Positions 27,530-36,204 of a DNA stretch of 64,000 nt are shown piece by piece (positions within the stretch are counted from its first letter, which is position 1; the number at the start of each line of letters is the position of its first letter). A model generated the notes under the pieces. It had not been told where the DNA came from, searched no databases, and worked only from the letters and a program-made list of their open reading frames with translations. Source of the DNA: a virus (taxonomy: Duplodnaviria > Caudoviricetes); IMG/VR virus record IMGVR_UViG_3300044840_000108, positions 39,980-103,979 of that record, one strand, 5' to 3'. Position numbers and translations under genes: made by a program.

Positions 27530-29692
27530 ATGGACTTGGACCAACACGTCCTCGACCAGTCCGACGCCGACCATGAGGCCCAGTGGCGGCGCACCGAACG
27601 ATTCCGCCAGCACGACGCCAGACTCGACCCGGAAGAGGAGTCAGCGCAGCGGCCGTGGCGAATCAACGCGCGCCGCCAGTTCGTGCCGCTGCCGGTCGCG
27701 GCACTGCTGTGGAGTGCCGCAGAAGCCGCACACCTGGCCCCTGGCACATGGCCTTACGGGGCGCCAGCGGCGGCCGGTGTGTACTTCGTGGCGGCGGTGA
27801 CCTGGTGGCACAACTGGTCTCGCGAGCATCCCGAGAATCGGACAGAACGGCGGCGCTGGGCCTACACCGTCATCGCCGGGGGGGCGGCGTGGTTGATGTG
27901 GGCTGCGACGACTGGTGTCGGGGGTGCGGCGACCCTGCTGCTCGCTGGCGGGGGTACGGCACTGATGCTGCCCTACTGGACCCGGAACAGCCCGTGGTGT
28001 CCCGAGACCACATACGAGCCGGAGGAGTTGCCCGAACCCCCGCCGCCACCGCTGTTGGAGCCGGTCACGGTGGACAGTCGGACCGCGAACCAGATGTTTT
28101 GGGACACCGTCGTCGCCCCCACCGTGGCGGGGATGGGGGGTACGCGACTGATCGACCCGGACATTACCGACGACTACGAGCAGTACACGGTGCAACTGGT
28201 CCCCGGCCGGCAAACCACCGGTTCCGCCATTGCCGCCGCCACGGCCATCGCGTCGGCGTACGGCCGCGGCCTGGACACCGCCCAAGTCATCCCGCACCCG
28301 TCGGGCGAGCAGGACAAAGCCATCGTCCGGCTGGCGAAGGCGAACCCGCTCGCGGTGACCCGCTACTACCCGGGCCCCGCGCAGGCGATCGACCTGACCG
28401 GCGGCAACATCAAAGTTCTGATCGCCTACCGGGCTGACGGGTCACCGGTGTGGTGGACGTTCTACCTCCACGAGTGGGGAGCCCTGGGCGGCGCGGTGTT
28501 CGGGGACACCGGCAGCGGCAAGTCGATGCTGCTGCGGGTCCTGCTCACGTCCGCCGCCTACACCGGGCTGATCGCCACGATCGTGGCCTGCCCGCAGGGC
28601 GGCCAGTCCTACCCGATGTGGATCAAACACGGGCATTGGCCAGCGGCGGACGCCGACGAGATCATGCGTCAGGCCCGCGCGCTGGCCGAGGCGCACCGGG
28701 TCCGGGGCAAAATCAACCGGCTGCGGGCCCCCATTCTGGGTCGGGACGTGCACGTCCCGACCCGTGAGGAACCGATGATCTTGTGGGTCGTGGACGAGAT
28801 CCACAAGATGATGGAGCACCCAGACGCCGCCGAGTTCTACGAGATCGCGGACAAGATCGAACGCGAGGGACGCAAGACCGGTATCCGCATGCTGGTCGCC
28901 GACCAGGACCCGTCCGTGCCGGCCACGTTCGGCAACCGGACGCCGCTGCGCCGCAGCTTGCTCGCCGCCCAGTGCTACTGCCTGCGGCTGGGTGGCGACG
29001 TGTCCGGGATGCTGCCCGGCACGAAACTCAACCCCACGAGCCTGCCTCAGAAGTGGCCGGACGGCACCCGCGCGGCAGGTCTGGGTGTGGTGCACGGCGA
29101 AGCCGAAATGTCCCGAGTGGTGGTCCTCAAGGACCAGTGGGCGCTGGCCGAACAGGCCCCGAAGATCGCGATCGAGCGGGCCGTGGCGAAACGGATGGGC
29201 CGCGACTACCTGGAACGGTTCACTCGCGCCCTCGCCGAGGACGCCGTGACCGCAGCGGAGCTACAGGTCGACGACCCAGAACTGGTGGCGGAACTGCTGC
29301 GAGACAACCCCGAGTTGGCGGCGGCACTGCCGGCGGCCCAGGCCGAACTGACCCGGCGGGCGGCTGCGTCGGCACCGGTGGCGTCCAGTGGCCAGCCGGT
29401 CGCGGCGAACGTGCGGCAACTGTTCGCCCCCGGCGTCCCGGTGTACGCGCTGCCCGTCGCCACCCCATCGGCACCGGAGAAGTGGACCTGCCTGGACGCG
29501 GTCCGCAGGGCGCTGCAAGCCGGCGCCGAGCGGTACGGCGACATCGAGGCGAAGGCAGTCAAGCCAGACGGCAAGCGGTACAGCGAAACCGCCGTCCGGA
29601 ACGCCTTGGCCGAACTGACCAACTTGGGCGAGATCGCGGACGACCCGGACAACAAGAACTGGGGCCGCTACATCTACACCGCTGTCGCTTGA
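27530..29692 (+). CDS. traB: TraB-like FtsK/SpoIIIE conjugative DNA translocase
   Basis: N-terminal TMs; GDTGSGKS Walker A; WVVDEIH Walker B; REGRKTGI..LVADQ; C-terminal wHTH. Confidence 0.88.
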   Translation: MDLDQHVLDQSDADHEAQWRRTERFRQHDARLDPEEESAQRPWRINARRQFVPLPVAALLWSAAEAAHLAPGTWPYGAPAAAGVYFVAAVTWWHNWSREHPENRTERRRWAYTVIAGGAAWLMWAATTGVGGAATLLLAGGGTALMLPYWTRNSPWCPETTYEPEELPEPPPPPLLEPVTVDSRTANQMFWDTVVAPTVAGMGGTRLIDPDITDDYEQYTVQLVPGRQTTGSAIAAATAIASAYGRGLDTAQVIPHPSGEQDKAIVRLAKANPLAVTRYYPGPAQAIDLTGGNIKVLIAYRADGSPVWWTFYLHEWGALGGAVFGDTGSGKSMLLRVLLTSAAYTGLIATIVACPQGGQSYPMWIKHGHWPAADADEIMRQARALAEAHRVRGKINRLRAPILGRDVHVPTREEPMILWVVDEIHKMMEHPDAAEFYEIADKIEREGRKTGIRMLVADQDPSVPATFGNRTPLRRSLLAAQCYCLRLGGDVSGMLPGTKLNPTSLPQKWPDGTRAAGLGVVHGEAEMSRVVVLKDQWALAEQAPKIAIERAVAKRMGRDYLERFTRALAEDAVTAAELQVDDPELVAELLRDNPELAAALPAAQAELTRRAAASAPVASSGQPVAANVRQLFAPGVPVYALPVATPSAPEKWTCLDAVRRALQAGAERYGDIEAKAVKPDGKRYSETAVRNALAELTNLGEIADDPDNKNWGRYIYTAVA

Positions 29693-29718
29693 CTGACTAC
29701 CGAAGGGAGTAGCACGCC

Positions 29719-30294
29719 ATGACCAGGACTAGGGCAGGGTTTACGATCCCGCCGCCCGTCGCATTGGGAGGCTGGAACAGGAACCGCCGCAGGGGGCCGT
29801 CCGGGTGGTCACGGCGGCCGGGCGTACCGGCGGTAGCGGTGATCGGCATGGCCATGCTCGCCGCCGGACTCCTTGGCCTGCACGGCATGGCCAGCGGCGC
29901 CACCGATACGGGGGCTCCGCCAGGCACGAAGCCACCCGGCACCGTCAGCCAGTGGATTACCGCAGCCGATGCGGTCCTGGCCGCAAACGGCACCCCCGCC
30001 GGCGCATTGAACGACGCCGACGTCTGGATCATCATCCGGAACGAGTCCGGCGGCAACCCCCACTCGATCAACCGGACCGACAGCAACGCCGCCCAGGGCA
30101 ACCCGTCCGAGGGGCTGATGCAAACCACCGGCAGCACGTTCCGGGCGCACGCCGTACCAGGGCACGGCGACATCTGGAACCCGGTGGACAACATCGTCGC
30201 CGGGGTGCGTTACGCCATCGGCCGGTACGGCTCGCTCGACAACACGCCCGGCGTGGCATCAGTCCACCGCGGCGGCCCGTACCTGCCCTACTGA
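29719..30294 (+). CDS. Lytic transglycosylase (SLT domain), membrane-anchored or secreted
   Basis: IIRNESGGNPHSINRTDSNA...SEGLMQT...NPVDNIVAGVRY..RYG. Confidence 0.92.
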   Translation: MTRTRAGFTIPPPVALGGWNRNRRRGPSGWSRRPGVPAVAVIGMAMLAAGLLGLHGMASGATDTGAPPGTKPPGTVSQWITAADAVLAANGTPAGALNDADVWIIIRNESGGNPHSINRTDSNAAQGNPSEGLMQTTGSTFRAHAVPGHGDIWNPVDNIVAGVRYAIGRYGSLDNTPGVASVHRGGPYLPY

Positions 30295-30344
30295 TGTGTT
30301 CCCGGGCGAGTATTCGCCAAAAATATCCAACAGAAGGAGGAAGC

Positions 30345-30485
30345 ATGGCTAACTCTTATTACTGTGCCTGCGGTGCAAACATATCTACCCCCACCGGGTC
30401 GTGCGCGGACTGCAAGCGGGCTGCTCAGCGTCAAACTAGGGACCAGCAGCAAGCGAATCGCGATCGGTTGTACGGAAAGAAGTAA
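30345..30485 (+). CDS. 46-aa zinc-binding microprotein
   Basis: AAGGAGG RBS; CACG...CADC. Confidence 0.6.
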   Translation: MANSYYCACGANISTPTGSCADCKRAAQRQTRDQQQANRDRLYGKK

Positions 30486-30517
30486 GGGGACGTCACCATG
30501 ACAAGTCAGGCGAGGAG

Positions 30518-30712
30518 ATGACCGTGGAGTTCGCCCACGACCAACGGGTCCAGCACCAAACCTGGACCGACGACAACAAGGCGCCACTCGTCGGCACGGT
30601 CCGGCTGTTCCGCGACGCCAAACCGGGCACACCGGCCGGCGAGGTCCAGTGGGCCGGCTACCTCGCCGCCGACCAACTCGAACTGGTCGCGGACCAACTC
30701 GAACCGGCGTAA
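30518..30712 (+). CDS. Small protein, possible SH3/KOW-like fold
   Basis: GAGGAG RBS; RV...GTV...EVQW. Confidence 0.6.
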   Translation: MTVEFAHDQRVQHQTWTDDNKAPLVGTVRLFRDAKPGTPAGEVQWAGYLAADQLELVADQLEPA

Positions 30713-30746
30713 CCCATCCCGAGAGAATCGAGAAAGGAGATGCAGG

Positions 30747-30893
30747 ATGTCCAAGCTTGACCCCCGCCAGTGGCTGTACGGCAAGTGGTGGACAGCGCCT
30801 GACAGCGGCGACCCGATACCGCTGGATCCGCAGCCGCCAGCCCCACCACAGGACGAGTATGGCAACGCCATCGGCCTGCCTGACGGCTACTGA
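30747..30893 (+). CDS. 48-aa microprotein
   Basis: GAAAGGAG RBS; MSKLDPRQWLYGKWW... Confidence 0.5.
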   Translation: MSKLDPRQWLYGKWWTAPDSGDPIPLDPQPPAPPQDEYGNAIGLPDGY

Positions 30894-30927
30894 CCCCCAC
30901 CTCCACCACGAACACGAAAGGAATCGC

Positions 30928-31050
30928 ATGGACCTGCAAACCGCTGTGCGACTCGTCGGCGCCGACACCCGCGGCGCCGTGGACCCCTACATGACCGATG
31001 CGGAAGCGGTGGACGCCTTCGAAGCTGACATGGCCCGGGTGATGGCATGA
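30928..31050 (+). CDS. 40-aa acidic microprotein
   Basis: GAAAGGA RBS. Confidence 0.55.
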   Translation: MDLQTAVRLVGADTRGAVDPYMTDAEAVDAFEADMARVMA

Positions 31051-31295
31051 CTCGGGCCGTGGCCGCCAACGACGTCATCCAACTAGCCGATGCGGAAGGG
31101 CTCACCCACCAGCAGGCAGACCACATCCTGGATCTGGTGTACATGCAGGTGGTGTGCGAGCAGGAAGACGTGGATGGCCTGGGCGCGGTGCTCAAGCAGC
31201 ACTCGTCGGGAACCGGGATGATGATGGCCACCGACCAGGAGTGGCATCGGCTGGCGCAGGTGGCGGCTGCCGTGCTGGGCGCGGCCGGGATGTAG
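31047..31295 (+). CDS. Hypothetical protein
   Basis: Coupled ORF. Confidence 0.6.
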   Translation: MTRAVAANDVIQLADAEGLTHQQADHILDLVYMQVVCEQEDVDGLGAVLKQHSSGTGMMMATDQEWHRLAQVAAAVLGAAGM

Positions 31296-31320
31296 CCCTC
31301 CACCACGAGATACAACTGTG

Positions 31321-31352
31321 GCCCCCTCGCCGGGACTTCCCTGCGAGGGGGC
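31321..31352 (+). terminator. GC-rich hairpin after transfer operon
   Basis: GCCCCCTCGC...GCGAGGGGGC between convergent genes. Confidence 0.55.
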
Positions 31353-31488
31353 CACAGTGCATTAGGTGGAGGCAGCGGGTGATTCATGATGGGCGATCAA
31401 CCGGACCCTGTCCAAGGATTTGCCCTGGCACCACACCCCGCCGCCTCCCGATCGGTCACTGTAGCGGCGAGCTGCGAGGCCAGCCAGA

Positions 31489-32172
31489 TCAGGCGGCGAG
31501 TTGCGAGGCCATCTCGGTCACCACGGAGTGACGTAGCCGCAAACGCAGTGATACCTGGTTACGGGGCATGCCACGCTGAAGTAGGACACGGGCGGCGGCG
31601 AGCCGGTCGGACTTGCGACTGACACTGACCTCCCAGCCGGCCAACAGCCGGCGTACGACCTCCTGGTCGGGTTCGTCGGTATCAGGAATGTTCCCTGTGG
31701 GCTGATCAAGAGGATCATCGATGTCAGCGCACGCGTCGTACCAAACATGCAGGGCGACCCAGCCGTGTCGCGCTGCCGCGACGCGGGCCCGGTCAGCGCG
31801 CCCACCAGTGGGAGTAGGCAGGTTGGCCAGGGTTGCGGTCAGGGTCGCGATGGCGTCGGCGGTGTTGATGTGCACGACAAGGTCGGGCCGGGTGGCGAGT
31901 TTGTGGATCCATTGCCGGGTGCGGTGGAGTTGATCCGCAAGGAACTGTGTGGTGTAGCCCCCGGCGAGTAGCCCCCGGACACGCCGTGTGGTGCCGGTGG
32001 AGTCGACGTAACGGGGCGTAAGGGCGTCCAGTTCGCGAAGGGTGTTGTACCGCAGGTTGGCTTGCCGGGGCCCTGGACAGCGACAGCCAGCTACCGTGTA
32101 GGCGGATCGGTTGTTGTGTCGAGTCGCTGGGCATCCAGGGCGTTGATCCGATGGTGGTGGTCGGCGAGCCAC
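31489..32172 (-). CDS. DNA-binding protein (Zn motif plus two HTH-like regions)
   Basis: H...AY..GCRC; GYTTQFLADQLH; GMPRNQVSLRLRL. Confidence 0.75.
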   Translation of the reverse strand: MARRPPPSDQRPGCPATRHNNRSAYTVAGCRCPGPRQANLRYNTLRELDALTPRYVDSTGTTRRVRGLLAGGYTTQFLADQLHRTRQWIHKLATRPDLVVHINTADAIATLTATLANLPTPTGGRADRARVAAARHGWVALHVWYDACADIDDPLDQPTGNIPDTDEPDQEVVRRLLAGWEVSVSRKSDRLAAARVLLQRGMPRNQVSLRLRLRHSVVTEMASQLAA

Positions 32173-32180
32173 TGTCTCGT

Positions 32181-32241
32181 GCTCCTTGCGGGGTGTCGTG
32201 GTGGACCCCACCAGTACACACCCAAACCGGGTACTGGGCAA
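32181..32241 (-). promoter_or_regulatory. Repeated promoter/leader, copy 2 (TTGCCC-17-TGTACT)
   Basis: 47 bp identical to 4190-4236, inverted. Confidence 0.7.
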
Positions 32242-32406
32242 CCCGCTGCGGCAAGCCTGTTGGTGTTGGCCAACCTTGACCAGCTATCCTGAAACCCTGT
32301 TGGCTCGCCGAGTTCTGCGGAACTCGTGCGGGGCTTCGTGGTGGAAGGTAACAACAGGGCAGGCCCCCCGGATCGCTAGACTGGGGGGCCGTTCTGTACC
32401 CAAAGG

Positions 32407-33249
32407 TTACTCGCCGGTAGCTGCCATAGCCTGCTGGTACCGCAACCGGGCCCCCCGAGAAGACAACCCCGTCAGCGACGCCACCGTCTGCCACGACCTG
32501 CCCTGCTCCCGCCACGTCACCACCGGATCGACACCACCACCAGCAGAGGCCGCCGCCAAGCCGGCGCGCATCCGCGCTTGGTGTTGACGAGTCCAGGCCG
32601 CCACGACCGGCACCCGAGTTTCCAACCATCCCGGCTGGTCTCGGCGGGCGTATTCGCAGCCCCCAGTGACAGTGTCCGGCTGGGGGAACGGATCGTCCGG
32701 GTCGTCGCGGTGCGCCTCGTACCAGTCCCGCACGATCCGCGGCTGGACCTTCAGCGCGCGCGCGAGGTGCGCCAAACCAACCGTCACCACACCCAGCGGC
32801 GCCGCGTCGGCCACCGTGGCGGGGCTACGCCAGCGACGAAGTTCGCTGCGGCGTGCTGGTAGCCAACCCACAACCCGGGCGGTACGGGCACCCGCCTCGC
32901 GCTGGATCTCCACATCGGGCCGGGGGATCGGATCGGGTCTGGTCGTGTTCCGGGCCCGCCACACGGCCATCTGTACTGCCCGCACGGTGCGCCCGGTCAA
33001 CGCGGCGACATCCCCCGTGGTCAGATACACCACCAGTGGTGGCACCGTGTCCGGTAGCGGCGAGCCGGCGAACCAGGCCACCACGTCGTCAGCCTGGCCA
33101 GGCTGCCAGCCGTGTTCGTCGCCGACGGTGGCGACCGGGGCCGGGAACACGGCGCCCGCAGTGTTGCGGGTGCCGGCGAGGTCCCGGATGGAGGTGGTGG
33201 TGGAGCCGGCAGCGACAGCGATTTTGGTGGTGTCCCACAGTTCGAGCAC
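32407..33249 (-). CDS. Multi-HTH DNA-binding protein (three AlpA/Xis-like modules plus C-terminal HTH), probably leaderless
   Basis: Three HTH...P.P....GW repeats; GRSWQTVASLTGLSSRGARLRY. Confidence 0.7.
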   Translation of the reverse strand: MLELWDTTKIAVAAGSTTTSIRDLAGTRNTAGAVFPAPVATVGDEHGWQPGQADDVVAWFAGSPLPDTVPPLVVYLTTGDVAALTGRTVRAVQMAVWRARNTTRPDPIPRPDVEIQREAGARTARVVGWLPARRSELRRWRSPATVADAAPLGVVTVGLAHLARALKVQPRIVRDWYEAHRDDPDDPFPQPDTVTGGCEYARRDQPGWLETRVPVVAAWTRQHQARMRAGLAAASAGGGVDPVVTWREQGRSWQTVASLTGLSSRGARLRYQQAMAATGE

Positions 33250-33284
33250 CCCACCAGTACACAGGTAAGTCGGGTACTGGTCAA
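33250..33284 (-). promoter_or_regulatory. Repeated promoter, copy 3 (TTGACC-17-TGTACT)
   Basis: Same TGTGTACTGGTGGGGT core; in-frame GTG 6 nt after TGTACT. Confidence 0.65.
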
Positions 33285-33302
33285 CCGACGGGCACGAGGA
33301 AT

Positions 33303-33356
33303 GGGCCCCCTCGACACTCGAACCCGGCGGGGACCGGGGAGTGTCGAGGGGGCCCT
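33303..33356 (-). terminator. 17-bp perfect inverted repeat ending the late operon
   Basis: GGGCCCCCTCGACACTC...GAGTGTCGAGGGGGCCC. Confidence 0.7.
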
Positions 33357-33433
33357 GTGGCCGCCGCATGGGGGGGGAACAGCGACCAGCATCACCAGGC
33401 GCCACCGTCTAGCGGCGGCAGCCAATGCTGCAG

Positions 33434-34372
33434 CTAGTTGGTGGCGCCCAAGTTGATTGCACGCCAGTAGAACGGGTAGTTGGTGGAACTGAACAAGGTC
33501 CCGGACCCGGTGGCTTTGGTGGCCACCACGAACCGCACGGAGCCGGCGTCAAGGTCTCCGGAGGCCACCACGAACCCCCTGGACGCCGATTGCGCGTTGA
33601 ACGATGTGGAGCTGGTGTACCAGCCGGGGTCGCCCTCGAATCCTGGTGTGCCGGTGCCGGTGGCCAGGAACCGGACCAGCGAGGACCCCACGATCACGGC
33701 GACGTCCAGGAACGCGCTCGCGGTGTCCGACCGCATGGCGTGCACACCGATCTCCACCCATTGCCCCACCGCTGCCGGAATGTCCAACTCGAACCCGGCG
33801 ACCGCCGCCCACGACCCGGCCGTGTTGGGGAGGGTGGTGTCACCGGTGGCGATCCACGCGGACCGCACCGTCGGCACGGTCGCGGCAGCGGGGGTGACCC
33901 ACTTGACGCCGGTGGTTTGGGTCGAGTCGGCGGACAGGACCTGCCCGTTGCTGCCCACCGCTTGCCGAGACACAGCAGCGCTACCGGTCGCCGCCAGCAG
34001 GTCCCCTTTGGCGGTGACCGTGGACACCGGGATCGGGGTGCTGGTGACGGTGGCGAACGTGGTGCCCGACGACGCGAGCGGCACCCCCGCCTGATAGGTC
34101 GCGACCAGCGCATCGGTGGCGACCTGCACCGTGTACAGCCAGCCCGACGGCACCAGGATCGGGTCGTCGGTGGACGGCAAGGTCAGGGTGTAGGTGCCGG
34201 ACGCGGTGAGGGTCGCCGTGAACGGTGCCGTGTTGCCCAGCAGGTAGCCGCTGGTGGTGCGCACCGACCGCGGGATGGTGAACGAGATCGTGCCCACCGC
34301 AGGGTTGCCAGTGATCGGGTTGAGGATGGTGCCGCGGATGGTGGTTTGGACAACAGAACTGGGGATGGGCAC
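33434..34372 (-). CDS. Tail fibre / minor tail protein (paralog of 37374-38894)
   Basis: Shared N-terminal ...LPSTDDP...W.YTV.VATDA; TAKGDLLAATG...VGSNGQVL fibre motif. Confidence 0.8.
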   Translation of the reverse strand: MPIPSSVVQTTIRGTILNPITGNPAVGTISFTIPRSVRTTSGYLLGNTAPFTATLTASGTYTLTLPSTDDPILVPSGWLYTVQVATDALVATYQAGVPLASSGTTFATVTSTPIPVSTVTAKGDLLAATGSAAVSRQAVGSNGQVLSADSTQTTGVKWVTPAAATVPTVRSAWIATGDTTLPNTAGSWAAVAGFELDIPAAVGQWVEIGVHAMRSDTASAFLDVAVIVGSSLVRFLATGTGTPGFEGDPGWYTSSTSFNAQSASRGFVVASGDLDAGSVRFVVATKATGSGTLFSSTNYPFYWRAINLGATN

Positions 34373-34473
34373 GGCTCACTCCCGACGCGAGATTGGGGTG
34401 CGTGTGACGGCCACGCGGCAACGTCAACGAGGGGGCGGGGTGTCAGCACTGCGCCGCAACGAGTTGCCCGCGT

Positions 34474-35523
34474 CTACGAAATGCCCGCGAACCAGGTGAT
34501 GCCAAATGCGGTCTGTGTACCGACAGTTGCGGGGAAGGTGGTAGTGCGCCCCGTGTTACTGGAGTCTGTAAAGCTCCGGTAGGTACCGTTGACTAGACCT
34601 ATATTGGGAAGAAGTGAGGCTACGTTCCCGAATCGCGCCAATGCTGGCAAAGTAGTGCCGTTGGCAAAGAACGACACAGTATAATCGCCAGCCGCAAGAC
34701 TGTAGGGCCCTCCCGTAAGAGGGAAGGTAAACGAGTTATTGGTGGCGAAACTAACTGCGCCGCTGGACAAGTCCGCAGTCTTGGCGACTAGCGCGCCGCC
34801 GGCACCGGCATGATAAAGCGCCGCGAAACACTGTCCGGCAGTTAGCCCACTGCCCGCCGTGACCACATACAACACAACATTGGTCGCGGTAAGCGCGATG
34901 GGGCAGTGCAACCGACTGTGGTAGACGGTGCCGGCCGTTGGGATTATTGAATTAGCGGACACGTAGAGCGGGTCTCCAGTCCACGCAAGAAGACCCTGTT
35001 CGCTGGGCATCCACGATGCCAGTCCGAGGTTCGTGCGTCCGGCAAGCGCGGAGCCCAGATCCGACAGATTGTTCGCCGCTTGGAGCGCGCCGGTGATGCG
35101 ACTGTCATTGCCTTGCGTCGCCGTACCGCTACCTGTCCCGTAGGCGACGGCCAGCGAAACGTCAGCCGACAGCGCGCCCCCACCAGTGAGCCCCGTACTG
35201 GCAGTGACGTTGCGCGTGGTCGGCACCTTCGCGGCCAAATCCGATACGAGGCTCGTGACCTGTGACTCGGCAATGGACCCGACCTTGACGGTAGGTGCGG
35301 TTGCTGTACCGGCAACGGTGACCGTGGAATCCGCAGCGGTGACCGACTGGACTGCTGTTGAGGCAAGCCCCAGTCGGGAATCGTCACCAGCGGCAACCGT
35401 GCCGGTGGTCGTGCCGACGTTCCGTGTCGCCGCACCGGCCAGTCCCAGATTCGTCCGGGCCGTTGTCGCCGACGGTAGGTCAGCGTGAGTTGCTGCCCCT
35501 GGCCGGCTGGGATCACCGTGCAC
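34474..35523 (-). CDS. Tail fibre-like protein; 5' end apparently rearranged or frameshifted
   Basis: ARTNLGL, GTVAAGDDSR, NNLSDL fibre repeats; best RBS serves an out-of-frame GTG at 35516. Confidence 0.7.
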   Translation of the reverse strand: MHGDPSRPGAATHADLPSATTARTNLGLAGAATRNVGTTTGTVAAGDDSRLGLASTAVQSVTAADSTVTVAGTATAPTVKVGSIAESQVTSLVSDLAAKVPTTRNVTASTGLTGGGALSADVSLAVAYGTGSGTATQGNDSRITGALQAANNLSDLGSALAGRTNLGLASWMPSEQGLLAWTGDPLYVSANSIIPTAGTVYHSRLHCPIALTATNVVLYVVTAGSGLTAGQCFAALYHAGAGGALVAKTADLSSGAVSFATNNSFTFPLTGGPYSLAAGDYTVSFFANGTTLPALARFGNVASLLPNIGLVNGTYRSFTDSSNTGRTTTFPATVGTQTAFGITWFAGIS

Positions 35524-35538
35524 CTCCGGTCTCGCTGA

Positions 35539-36189
35539 TTACGGCATCAAGATTGCGTACGGAGAGCCGCCTGTCGTGGAAATCGATGCGTCGGCGACGC
35601 TGGCGGGTAGATCTGCCTGGCCGGTCAGCTTTCCGCAGAGTCGCGGACTGGTCGCGTTGAGCGCAAAGTCTGAAGACCCGACGGCCTGCAACAGCGTCGG
35701 TGGCGTGGTGCCTACGAAGATCACGCCGAGTGCGTACCGAGTACCGACCTGAAGTGTGTAAGGCGATCCAGTGGAGAGCGGTTTCGTGACACCACCAAAG
35801 GTCGCCGTCCATCCAGTGGTGTCACTCGTCGTGGACGCGACGAGTGCGAGCGCGGACGTGCCCGAGTTAACGGTGTATAGCCCGATGCGGGCCAGCGTCA
35901 GACCACTCGCGGCCGTGCCGGTGATGCGCAACTGGACCTGTGTCACGACGCCGCCGGACAGGCTGCCGCGATAGCTTGTCAAGTAGGAGAGCCACAGGTC
36001 GCCGGATGTCAACGTCACGGAGCCATTGGTATTCCTGCGTCCGCAGGTGGCGACTCCCGACGACAAGTGATTACCGTCGCCCCAGAGCAGGCTCACCTTG
36101 CCAACATTGTTGGCCTGCACGGAGGGGTCCACCGTACCTGAAGTGTCCTGTTGTTCCAGTTCCAGATTCGGCGTCCAGGTATTCCCCAT
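35539..36189 (-). CDS. Minor tail / receptor-binding domain protein
   Basis: GGAGG RBS; beta-rich, T/S/G-rich. Confidence 0.7.
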   Translation of the reverse strand: MGNTWTPNLELEQQDTSGTVDPSVQANNVGKVSLLWGDGNHLSSGVATCGRRNTNGSVTLTSGDLWLSYLTSYRGSLSGGVVTQVQLRITGTAASGLTLARIGLYTVNSGTSALALVASTTSDTTGWTATFGGVTKPLSTGSPYTLQVGTRYALGVIFVGTTPPTLLQAVGSSDFALNATSPRLCGKLTGQADLPASVADASISTTGGSPYAILMP

Positions 36190-36204
36190 GGCTTATCCTC
36201 CCTC

